Assembly (NCBI RefSeq): GCF_009914755.1
Contig: NC_060942.1
Reading direction: 5' to 3' (one strand)
Source: the human T2T-CHM13v2.0 reference genome, Homo sapiens
DNA length: 64,000 nucleotides
The position numbers were made by a program, and so were the translations under genes. Below, piece by piece: positions 53,410 to 64,000 of the stretch. Each line of letters begins with the position of its first letter. Within the stretch, counting starts at the first letter, position 1. Below the pieces are notes generated by a model that was not told the DNA's origin, made no database searches, and saw nothing but the letters and a program-made list of their open reading frames with translations.

Positions 53410-53610
53410 TTGCCCAATGATATTCTAAGTACTTAATATATAGTTCATGCACGTAATGCTCACACCAACCGTATGTGGTGGGCACTATCATTATCCCCAT
53501 TTTATAGATAAGGAAAGAAGGCATGAGAGGTGAGGTGACTTGCCCAAGGCCAGAGAGCTAATTTTGTGTTACCAGGATCCAGAGTATACTCTTAGCCACT
53601 CCGCTCATCC
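53410..53610 (-). mobile_element. MIR
   Basis: attatccccattttatagataaggaaa...gaggtgacttgcccaagg. Confidence 0.8.
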
Positions 53611-53704
53611 TTCTGATTTGGGGTGGTAGTCATATCACATCTGTCTTTTGCACTCTGGGATATAGAAGTACTAAGATGAGGCATTTGCAAAAACAAAAAC
53701 ACAG

Positions 53705-54979
53705 TGCTCACCAAACTAACATTTATTTAGCTTTGTTCCCTCCCATCCAAGACTGCTGATCTCTAAACAAGCATCAAAACCCGAAGCTCATTAACATCAG
53801 AGTGAGCTTCAATAAGGTGAACACTACAATGATGTACAATTACATCCTAATAATTCAATGCCCAAGAGCCCTGTAGAACTATTGCAAGGCCCAGGATTAT
53901 CACAGTATGCAAATGCACTAGGAAAATCATTACCTATTTAGTCCCCTTTATTTTGGTGGGTTTAACATGAGAAGAATAATCCATGCTACAAGACGAGATT
54001 TCATTTTACAGCTGTAGTAACCAAGTGCATAAAAGCTTGAATCTGTCCCAATAGCTTCTAAAAAATTTTTCCCATAGTGTCAGAGGCAAAAATAATGAAA
54101 TCTTGCAAATGTACAGTTAATAGGACCCTAGTGGACACTAACTTCAAAAATGCATGGTCTATAAGATATTATAAGGCTTGATTCTAGTTTCTGCACTGTT
54201 CCTGTTAATAACAATGTCTAATTAAAACATCTGTAAAATACTGATAGTTTTAATTTTACATAAAATTTCCAAAACAACTGTTACACAGTATAATAGGTAT
54301 CTGCAATGAATAGGTTATTAATGGAAATATTAATTTAAATTAAAATCTGGTTCTAAATTTAAATTAGTCATCTCTGGCTAATGAAGAGAAAAAGAAGTCA
54401 CCCGTGCTGGGAATACAGTAGAAAATTTAGTTTTCAACATCTGTTAAAGCAAATTCACTGTACCACTTGGGCTAAAGAACAATTCACTTTGTTGCTTTCT
54501 GTCTTCTCCATTTGGCACATCTGATGGATTTCACAGTTGAACTCAATATTAGAACTACAGCCTAATGCACCTTTTAATACATTACTTTATAATTTAAAAA
54601 CCACCATTCAACTTTCTTCACAGTCTGAAATCCCCCCTCCCTGTTTTCCAGTGAAGAGACAGCAGAGAACACTCTTCCCTGTAGTAGCTTTTCCCCCACA
54701 GCCCCACCTAACCTGATGAATATTTTAAAAGGAATGGCACAAAATCTCAGCTTTCCCTTTCTTTGGGTCTCATCTTCAGTTACAAAATAAAAGAGATTAG
54801 CAAGGCTTACTGGCTAGCCGCAATTCAATACCTTTCTTTCTAATTAATGCACAACAAAAGAGGGTTAAAAAGCGATCAGCACTGACTGGTGTCTACCGAT
54901 GCTGGCACTGAGTTGGTAAGGGATTCATTCCAGACAATAAGAAGCTGCATTTCAAGTTGCTTCAGATGCACACATTGCT
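53705..54979 (-). other. HDHD2 3' UTR (about 1.27 kb, AT-rich, repeat-poor)
   Basis: Lies between the stop codon and the poly(A) cassette. Confidence 0.75.
53722..53727 (-). terminator. HDHD2 polyadenylation signal
   Basis: tttatt on + is AATAAA on -. It is followed on - by a CA near 53705 and a GU/U-rich element (TGTGTTTTTGTTTTTG). Confidence 0.8.
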
Positions 54980-55083
54980 TCACAATAGGTGCTGCAGAAT
55001 GTGGTCCACAGCATGAGGGAAACTCTCACAAGTTAAGTAAGGAGGTGGATTAATTTTTTCTTCATCTGATGCTCGATATTTCC
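54980..55083 (-). CDS. HDHD2: HDHD2 terminal coding exon ([34 protein letters not shown]-stop)
   Basis: tttcatttcag| acceptor on -, TGA at 54982-54980; (KT)GKY HAD-IIA C-terminal motif. Confidence 0.95.
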
Positions 55084-55799
55084 CTGAAATGAAAGTAAAG
55101 CCAGTAAACACAGGCTGCCACCAGAATGCTAAATTAATCATACCCCATGAGCACCTGGGTCATCACAGCACCACCCTTACAGTTAAGACAGAATCAGGGG
55201 CTGCACATCTCCCAAATCACCTTTTATTGAGGCTTCAGGATGTAAATGAGGCAATTCAAAGAAATGTCACATTCAGCCTTTCCCCAGGCCCTCTGGTCAT
55301 TCACAATGGACAGCCACAGGTACTGGATCGTCTGACAGCTAAGATTCCCTTCACATGTTCACAGCTGATGAAATCATTTTCTTTCCCCTACCCTCAGCTC
55401 TAAAGATAGATTGGTGATTAAATTAATGCTTTAAAATGGAAGCCCAGACCCCAGAGGGCAGAGGACTCATCCGCTCCCAAAGGCAACTGGGAACAGGATG
55501 TGCTGCTGCCACGCAGGGATCCAGGCAGCCCGGGAGCCCAGCAGATGAGAACGCCCTGGGTTGGGGAGGAAAAGAGTGATGGATGCTCGCAGGCCAGGGG
55601 CCAGGCAGGACAGGCCACTTGGCATCAAGCAGCAGGCTCACTGCCTGACTCTCCCAACCGTGGAATTCAAGATGGCCTGCTGTTCTAGCACCTGGCACAC
55701 AATTTAACACCTCAACACAGCAGAGGAACCATTCCACAGTGGTCACAAAGAGCTTTTACAAGTCAGAAGGTGCACAGTCCCTATTTAAAGACCCTTTAA

Positions 55800-56260
55800 T
55801 GGGTCCCAGTGCCCTTCAGAAAGAATCCAAAATCTCTACTGCTGCTTACCAAGCCCTTTGTCATGCAGCCCCAGTGACCCTCTCACCTAAGCATGTGCTA
55901 CTGGCTCACCAGGCTGCAGTCCCAGACTGGACCTGCTTTTCTGAGGGCCTACACACGTGCCATTCCCTTGTCATTCCATTATTCTCACCTGACTACCTCC
56001 TTCATGCTTCAGGTCAGACCCCACCTTCCCATCCAAATTAAACCCCCTCCCTGTTATTCACCTTGTTCTTTGCCTCCACAACATTTACAACAATTTGTAA
56101 TTATGCATTTATTTGTTTAACATCTGTCTCACATTTAAGAAGACTAAGTTATTTGAGACAGGGGCTATATCTGTTACATGTCCCAATGTATTCCAAGTAC
56201 CTAACATAGTGACTAGCACATAGTAACTATCCTATAAATATCTTTTTAAAGAATGAATGG
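55800..56260 (+). mobile_element. L2 3' fragment
   Basis: cctaacatagtgactagcacatagtaac...aatgaatg terminus. Confidence 0.7.
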
Positions 56261-57664
56261 AGGGAAGAAGAGAGGGGAGGGAGGAAATGCAGAACGCAGC
56301 TCCTGCCCTGTAGCCACCAGGGCTGCCTCTGCCCTTCACCTTTCTCCTTGCTCTCTCATCCCTTTGTGGTCTCTATTGTTGATTCTTCTGCTTTTCCCAG
56401 TTTTCTCTGCCTAAACTCAGCTCTTTCAACAACAGACCTACTGTTTTCTACAACTACTTTAAGAGGCTTTGCCAGACAAACACAAAGCCTGAAAAACCCT
56501 CTTTTCCACATCTTTGCATCATGGTGGAGAAGACGCTTCCTGTCTTATCTTACTGATTATAACTTCTTACAGGAAGGGAGCCAGCATCAAATGTACAAAG
56601 GTAATTAATATATACCTCACTCTCGTTAGCACCCTGAGGCACCTGTCCATAGCATGGTCCCCGCAGCAAGCTCTACTGCCAGTTTTCTTCCCAAGCTTAA
56701 ATATCGTTAGTATAAACTCCTTCACAAGGTTTCTATTTGATCTTACAGGTAAGTTAATGACTAAATATTACTATATGACCTACTTTCTGGATCCAGTGGT
56801 CTAAGAGACAAATAAATAAGCTTCCTAGCCATGGAGTTAAAGGCTTTTGCTTAGTCTGGCTCTGCAAGTGGGGTTTCTACAAAATAGAAATTGACAAAAG
56901 TGGCTTAGGTATATGTTTTAGTTCTAGCACCTAGCACACAGCAGGGGCTCAATAACGTTCGTTGAGTGAATGGAGCTGCCTGCATTGCTCATGGCTGATT
57001 CACTCACTGCAGCAGCCTGTGCTTTCATGGACGGATAAATGATGAATGGAGGGAGAAAACAGGATGCTATGTTGATGATATATGAAGGCAAAGAAAGATC
57101 CTATTTTTTTTCTAGATGACTGTTTCACATGCTAAACAAATTCTGGTTAGGACTAGTCAAAAATCTTTAACAAATAATTGATCAAATTATATTGAGCATC
57201 TACCTTGTGCTACCCCTTTAGAAACAAAATTGCTCGAGATGATCCACAGAAAGCACTTATTATTGAATATGAATTAAAATATTTACGGTTATTTTCAACA
57301 CTGGGAAGCCTAGCACTTGTCCACTGCACTGAGTTAAAATTTACCAATGAAGCTGGCTGTTCCACATGTTTTTAGAACAGTAGGGTTATTCATGATTTTT
57401 CTGACCAAAAATCAATGGTACAAATATGCCTGCTTCCAAGAGCTGTACTTAGTTGATTTACTAATTACACATTTTGGACTTGATTGTGTTACGCTGATGG
57501 CTTCTCAGAGACTAAACTGATGCCTGTGAAAGGCTGGTCACAATAAAATGCCAGTCACAATAGACGACAGAGCCAGTGGAGACCAGCTGGGGGAGCTGGG
57601 CCCATCAAGACACTGACAGAGGTACCATTTTGAAGCTCAGTGTAAATCCTTAATTACATGAGCT

Positions 57665-57699
57665 AAAAAAAAAAAAAAAGAAAGAAAGAAAGAAAGAAA
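57665..57699. repeat. A15 plus (AAAG)n simple repeat
   Basis: Read directly from the sequence. Confidence 0.9.
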
Positions 57700-59273
57700 T
57701 ACTCATGGGAATAATACACAAGAGCAAAAATAGTTATCTAAGGATTTCTTCAATAATGAGAAAATAAAACAGCAAAAGGCAGGAATCTGAAAACAAAGAT
57801 ACATGGAGGCTGACGAGTGTGGCTACTTTTCCAGACTTCATTTCATTCTTCCTCTTTTCTGCTTACATCACAGGGCTGTTACGTTCCTGGGAAGGTGATC
57901 ATTTTGACTGAGACATTCGAAAAAATCCACTGTGTTAATTCTAGAGTGACTGGTGTTACTATCTGCAAGGCTCCAATGGTTCACTTCAGGCCCCAGGAGC
58001 AAGCAGACAGTGTTTTCACTCTTTGTGCAGACCTTTGCCACATACTTCTTATTCAATTGTAGCTCCATCTACATTTCTTGTTTCTATTTGAAATTCAAAA
58101 CAGATTTCAAGCAACCACATTTTCTTGAACAAACATCATAGTCACTTTTTCTAAAAAATTCCCCAGTTGTAACTCTTCTTTGACTTTATGTTTAAATATT
58201 CCCTTCTGTAAACAGCCAATTAAATAGTTTTACTACTATGATATGAAACCAGGCAAATGAGCTCACAGAGACATCTATGGAACCATTTATCTGCTATTTG
58301 ATTTATAAGAGTCTGGTGATGATTCTTGGACAAGATTTCTGGCTGTCATGTGCTGTTAATTCCAAATGCAGCAGGTGCCATTTGGGGGCAGCATGCAGGG
58401 GAAGAAGGGCTTTTCATTTTAACGGTAACAGCTCATTAAGTTCCCAATGCAATAATATTCAGCCCCACTAACAGATCTTATGCCTGTTCTTTCTTTATCT
58501 CGAAAGGACTTTATCAGTCCCACTCTACACAGGATCATAAACTATGAGGGCGAGATGGGACCAGTCCAATCCCATCATTCTCACAGGGCCTGAAAAGGGG
58601 AAGAGCCTTGACCCGAGTCTCACACAGCTAGTTAGTGCAGAGCTGACCAGGACCCAAGGCACTTAACCAGTCTACGGTGGTCATAATACTGTATTAGTGA
58701 ATCCTCCCCACTAAAGTCTTTCCTTTTTCCTAAATTTATTTGAGATACCACATAGAGTAAACCTAATTGTGCAGGAAATACTTCTTAACCTTTTGCTCAC
58801 CACAAACGGTAAGTAAAGAGAAAAAAGAGTTTTTCAAATATTTTTGTAAAAGTTCAAACATTAACACAAAGAATCAGATCACTTAGCTGGCCAGTTTCCT
58901 AAAGAAATCAGTATCACAGGTATAGCCAGCACAAAAATAAAAGGTATTTTCACAGAGCACCACCATCCATGGTCCTTTGCTTCATCCCTCTGTGGTGAAC
59001 TGTACATCCAGGAAATAATATAAATGCTGTCAACCAGGAATGGTTACCTCTGGGAAAGTACTAAAGTACCTCTGAGCCCTGATCTTCCTAGCTTTGTACA
59101 CCACGGGCCCTTCCCAATTGTTTCCTATAATCCTAAGCTGTTTTATTTTTGCTTTGTGGCAGGAAGAGAATAAAAGTGCCCAGGGCTCTGCCATTTCTGC
59201 AAAGATTGTTCTTTAAGCAACTGTGTATTCTACTATTCTGTTTTAGAAAATGCTTTATACAGAAGATACATAC

Positions 59274-59337
59274 CAGTCTTTACTAAGATGCCCAGCATGC
59301 CGACATCTTGAGCCCCACCAACATCATCCCTGCAATC
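59274..59337 (-). CDS. HDHD2: HDHD2 coding exon ([21 protein letters not shown])
   Basis: ttttctag| acceptor, CTG|gtatgt donor, 64 bp; completes HAD motif IV GD|DCRDD. Confidence 0.95.
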
Positions 59338-60584
59338 CTAGAAAAGCATAAAGAAAGCATTTAGTCCAGTGTCTTCAGTAAGCTAGCCAACAAACATTAC
59401 CAACTGATTTATTAGGCTAGGGTGTCCAACTGTAATGCCATGTTTTTTATTGAAATAGAAAAGAGAAGATGTAAAAGGTGAATCCACATGTAATACTCTG
59501 AGGAAGCATTCCAAATTGGGAAAGGGAAGTATCTCAGAGGTGGAAGGTATAGAATAGAGTAGTAATCCTGGTAACCAAACACAGAGAGCTGAGTTACAAT
59601 TACAATTCTCTATGCTTTGCCACACCTACATCTATTTATCTCCCCATTAAACAGATCATGGAAAAATGCATTCTATCCATTTGGCAGTAAATAATACAGC
59701 TGCAGACAGGGAATGAGCTAGATTCAGAAGATAGCTTTTCTGTGGCCCACATAGTATGTTATCCTTACTTTCTATCCCATTGTCCTAACAGGTAGAATCA
59801 AGTTAAATCCAGATACTTAAACAGACTCTGACTGTCTGATGTTCACTTCACACTTGGGAATAACAGATCAGTCTGAAAAAGAAGCTCCTCTTTCTAATTA
59901 TTATTCAAGATAAGGATAAATATACATCATCAATGATGATGAATGCAAGGTAATTAAAATTCCAAGGACTGAAAGAAAAATCAAAAAAATTAATCTTGCC
60001 ACCTCATGTCTATAAGCAGGATTGATTCAGACCATGCCTGAAGAAAGTTTTTTTTTTTCCTTAAAAACCATTAATATTGTTCAACAACAGCCCTTGAAAA
60101 TGAGTTTCAGAATGTCAAAATCCTGATTCAAGGTCCAACTTCAAACCATTTCTGTTACAGCTAAACTTGCCCTGTTGAAGAGTGGAGATGGGGGAGAGGA
60201 GATAGGGAGGTGGGAAAAAGAATGTGGACAATGAGACGGTGGGGGGCAGGGAACCGCCACTTTCCTGGGTAACCAACAGCCCCCCATGCAGCACAGCTGT
60301 TGCATCCCTTCCCACCTCTCATCCTGTCCCAGGGCCAGCAACTCCTGGGATAAAGAATTCTGAAGGCTCCAGCTCAGATAACCACTTTTTTAGACATATT
60401 TGTCTAGGAAAGGCAGCTAAAGGCTTGTCAAGAGGAACAGGTGTGACTCAAAAGATGGTTTCTCAAAATACTACTGAGCTCAGTGATTATCCTATTCAAT
60501 TTTAGGTGAATGATTATAGAAACAGAAGATAAAATCAGGAGGACTGTGATACACATTTCCACCATCACAAGTTAAAACAGCTAG

Positions 60585-60740
60585 GGAGGGAGTCCTGAGC
60601 TCAAGCTCTACTTCCAGCTGTGCTACTAATTAGCTATGGGAATTCAGGCTTGGTGATTCACCTCTTTGGGCTTCAGTTTCCCAGTCTATAAAATGAGGAG
60701 TTTTGGACCAGACATTTGTGACGATCCCTCCCAGCTTGAC
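60585..60740 (+). mobile_element. MIR (MIR3-like) fragment
   Basis: cacctctttgggcttcagtttcccagtctataaaatgagg. Confidence 0.7.
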
Positions 60741-61428
60741 ATGTTATTATTTAAAAATTGAAATATAATCCTGGCCACCAATTTACCATGTGGCAGTGTG
60801 CTTTCCAGCTGTTTTCCCATCAAGACACACATGGGAAATAACATTTGCCTAGTACACTGGGGTAAACTGACAAGGTGCTCACGGCCACAGGTGACCATCC
60901 AGGGCCTCCAATCATCCCAGGCTCAGCCCTGCCACTCAAAGGGCTAAGGTGATCAATAGCTTTAGCTATTTGTGGCACACAGATAGAGAAGTTCTTCCAT
61001 ACAGCATATGCTAAGGAAAAAAACAATAGTGGTAGAATTCTTTGGTGTAGGTTCTCATTTGTGCAGCATTGTTTCTCAAAAAGACATTTAAAGCATTCAA
61101 TTGACTTGCAATATAAATGGCTTTTGAACTATATATATAATATACAAATATATATATATTATAGGAGTTAACTACATATATATATGTATCATAACACACA
61201 AATCTCCTATTACGCTATGGAGAAATGTCAGAAATAATAAAAATTTCAGTTCTTTAGAAGAATACCACTAAACATCGACAGGAAACCTCATTTTATAGGT
61301 AGCCATTTATATATATACTGTCTACATTGTCAGTAACAGAATGTCCCCTTTCCTAAAGCAGTGTTTCTAAGCTGGCTTTCCCAGCACAACAGGTGAGCTG
61401 GGAGCACCTCCTGGGTTCTTCTACTTAC

Positions 61429-61645
61429 ATCTCCTATCATGACAGCCTCCTCAGGTTCACAGCCAGTGCCCCGCAATGCTTCCAAAAAGAACGTCTTCTC
61501 TGGTTTCCCCACGACTGTGGCTTTGGTATCTGTGGCATACTCTAAAGCAGTCACAAATGGTCCAGGCCCCAGGGCTAAGCCATCTTTCCTCTTGTAATAC
61601 CTGGCTTTGTGGATTGCTATCAGAGGTGCTCCATCCAGGAGTAAC
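61429..61645 (-). CDS. HDHD2: HDHD2 coding exon ([31 protein letters not shown]...[10 protein letters not shown]...AVMIGD)
   Basis: ctctctag| acceptor, GAT|gtaagt donor, 217 bp. HAD motif III (GKP) and start of motif IV (MIGD), NagD-like subfamily IIA. Confidence 0.96.
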
Positions 61646-63554
61646 CTAGAGAGAACAACAACAAAAAAAACAAATTGGCTAAAAGCAAGGCTTTTATGAC
61701 TGGGAACGAATGTCAGACTTACAAAGTGGCTGTATTCACACCCACAGAAACAAATAGTTTCTTATTAACTTTTAATGACTTGCTGTCTTCTAATGAATTC
61801 ACAAAGAACTGCTGGGAATTACACTCAGATACACTAAAGAAAGGTGATAGATTATTAAATTTGGGATTGCTTCAACCTTTTACCTTTAGTGGTTTCAGAC
61901 ACTACCCAAATCACCAGGGAAAGAGAATTAAGAGAACTAAAGCTAAATAAGACACTCCAGGGAAGAAGCTTAACTTAATGAGACAAGTTGTTTCAACCTT
62001 CCCCAATGGTAAGCAGGAGGCTCCTGAGCCTTTTACAATACTACACAATTGTTGCTGCAGTGATATTAACTCCTAAAATATCTGAACTCCTGTTTCCTCT
62101 ACTCCAAAATGTAAGTTTCTTTTTAATTCAGAAATTTTTAATAAAGTGTTTTACAAAGAGTTTCTGCTTGCACTTTTACTTCTTTTACCTTTTGACTGCT
62201 TTCAACATTATTTTGCAAATCAGGCCATCTTTCCTGAAGAAAAAGATTTACAGGAGACCCTTCCCCATCAGGTCCCTTCCTTTGTCCTGATACAGGACGA
62301 AGAATACTCTCACATCAGACAAAAGGACATAAAGAGTTTTCCCATTATTTTGACAAGCAAATTCTACCTATAGCTAAGAATCCTCATTAGTAACTCAGGC
62401 AAAACAACAAGTCAAAAAGTCCCCAGAAATTTAATACTCATTTTCCAACACCCAACCTAAAACAACTGCCATCCATCACAATAATACAGCCTTTAGTCAC
62501 ATGGCAGAAGTACTCACGCACATATTATCATCTAATAGCATGCGGGACATGATATATTTCTTAAACTGCTTTTAACCAATGTAATAAATGATCTCACTAG
62601 CTTAATTTACTTTAAGTCATCTACTTCGTTAAAATATTTAGTATGTCCATCAAGGAAGAATTCATCATATCTTACCCTTCACAATTATGAGTAATTAAGC
62701 GCTCAACTATGAAACTGCTAAATTATTTTTGTCAGTGGGCATGGAAATGCCTTCCTGTGGGAGATGCAGAATTCAGACATTTATGATTAAATATTTTATT
62801 AAGTAAAAACCAATACTATTACAGGGCCTTACTGTTAGTTACTACAAATTGCTCACAGCATTGGACAGATCCTTCAAATTTATTCACTAATATTAATACA
62901 AATTTATTTCTTAAAGCTGCTCTTGAAATACAACTATTAGGAAACCTGGCAAAGCCATTCTGTTGGCTTTAAAGACCTAGAGCTGACAGCAATGAGTTAC
63001 TAACGGGTGACTTATCTATCTCTTCTCCTGTCACCCCACCCCCAAGCCCACTTATTTGCTACTCTACCACGGAACTAGAATTCTTTATGCAACAGACCTC
63101 AAAATTGCTTTCCACTTATATAGCCTAAACTGAAAACTCATTTGATTTAGCTTTGTTAATATTTTATCATATATTAACTGGGGATAAGACTTATCAGCTT
63201 GATTGATGTGTGTACTTAATTCCCAGGCAGTACTTTAGTGCCTTCCCTGGAAGAGGTGAAACTGTGGGTTCCTCTACACTTCTCTAAATGGGAACTGGTT
63301 CTACACTAGGCTGGAGAAGTGTTATACATCTCTCAGGGAAGCAGTTCTTCCTTCTACTGTTCTTCTCTGCATAGCATAAGCTTTACTGAATCTTTGAAGA
63401 GCCAAGGCATATTGAGGATGGACTGAAAAGTAACTGTTTTCTAGGACACAGATTAAAAGATCTTTTATAGTTAAACATTTTTAAAAATATCAGAGCCACC
63501 CCAATACTTGGAGTATTTTTATACTTACTAGACAGGGCAACAAAAGGTTGGCTG

Positions 63555-63921
63555 TGACTATGGCTTGTCCCCCCAAAATTTATCTGTTGGGAAATTAATT
63601 CCCAATGCAACAGTGTTGAGACGGGGGCCTTTAAGCGGTGACTAGGTCATGAGAGCTCCACCGTTAATGAAGAAATAGGTTAGTTATTGCAGAAGTGGGT
63701 TCCTGATCAAAAGGATGAGTTTGGCCCCCTTCCCTCTCTTGTGTGCGTGCTCTCTTGACCTTCTGCCTTCTACCACAGGATGATGCAGCAAAAGGCCTTC
63801 ACCCAGTGCAGGCCCTTCAACCTTGAACTTCCTAGCCTCCACAACTATAAGAAATAACTCTGTTCTTTATAAATTACCTAGTCTCAGGTATTGTTATAGC
63901 AGCACAAAATGTAAAAAGATA
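63555..63921 (+). mobile_element. MaLR solo LTR (MST-type)
   Basis: aattcccaatgcaacagtgttgaga...ttataaattacctagtctcaggtattgttatagcagcacaaaatg. Confidence 0.85.
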
Positions 63922-64000
63922 GTTGTTTTTAATACAGAGATAATATGTCAGCAGAAAATCTGAAAATTTTGTCTAACTATAAGCCTATTGGAGGCCAGGC

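Overview
Human (primate) genomic DNA with no prokaryotic features. The + strand carries the last 13 coding exons of the katanin-family AAA ATPase KATNAL2 (667..47302). The exons splice in frame through GT-AG junctions and encode Walker A, Walker B, the pore loops, the SRH and the stop. The 5' exons lie upstream of the window. The - strand carries the last three coding exons of the HAD-IIA hydrolase HDHD2 (61645..54980), convergent with KATNAL2; the two likely poly(A) sites are about 5 kb apart. Most of the rest is Alu, L1, L2, MIR, MaLR/ERV LTR and DNA-transposon relics. I see no new gene or new biological system. The most unusual structures are: (1) a nested set of local templated insertions linking about 8.4, 11.6, 17.4 and 18.9 kb; (2) a complete intronic poly(A) cassette just after the exon preceding the 21.8-kb intron; (3) a perfect 82-bp TA-centred palindrome; (4) an inverted-Alu-flanked, phase-0 block of three exons; (5) an LTR8-like element that ends at its poly(A) site. 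Repeat family names come from recalled consensus sequences, and boundaries of old repeats are approximate.
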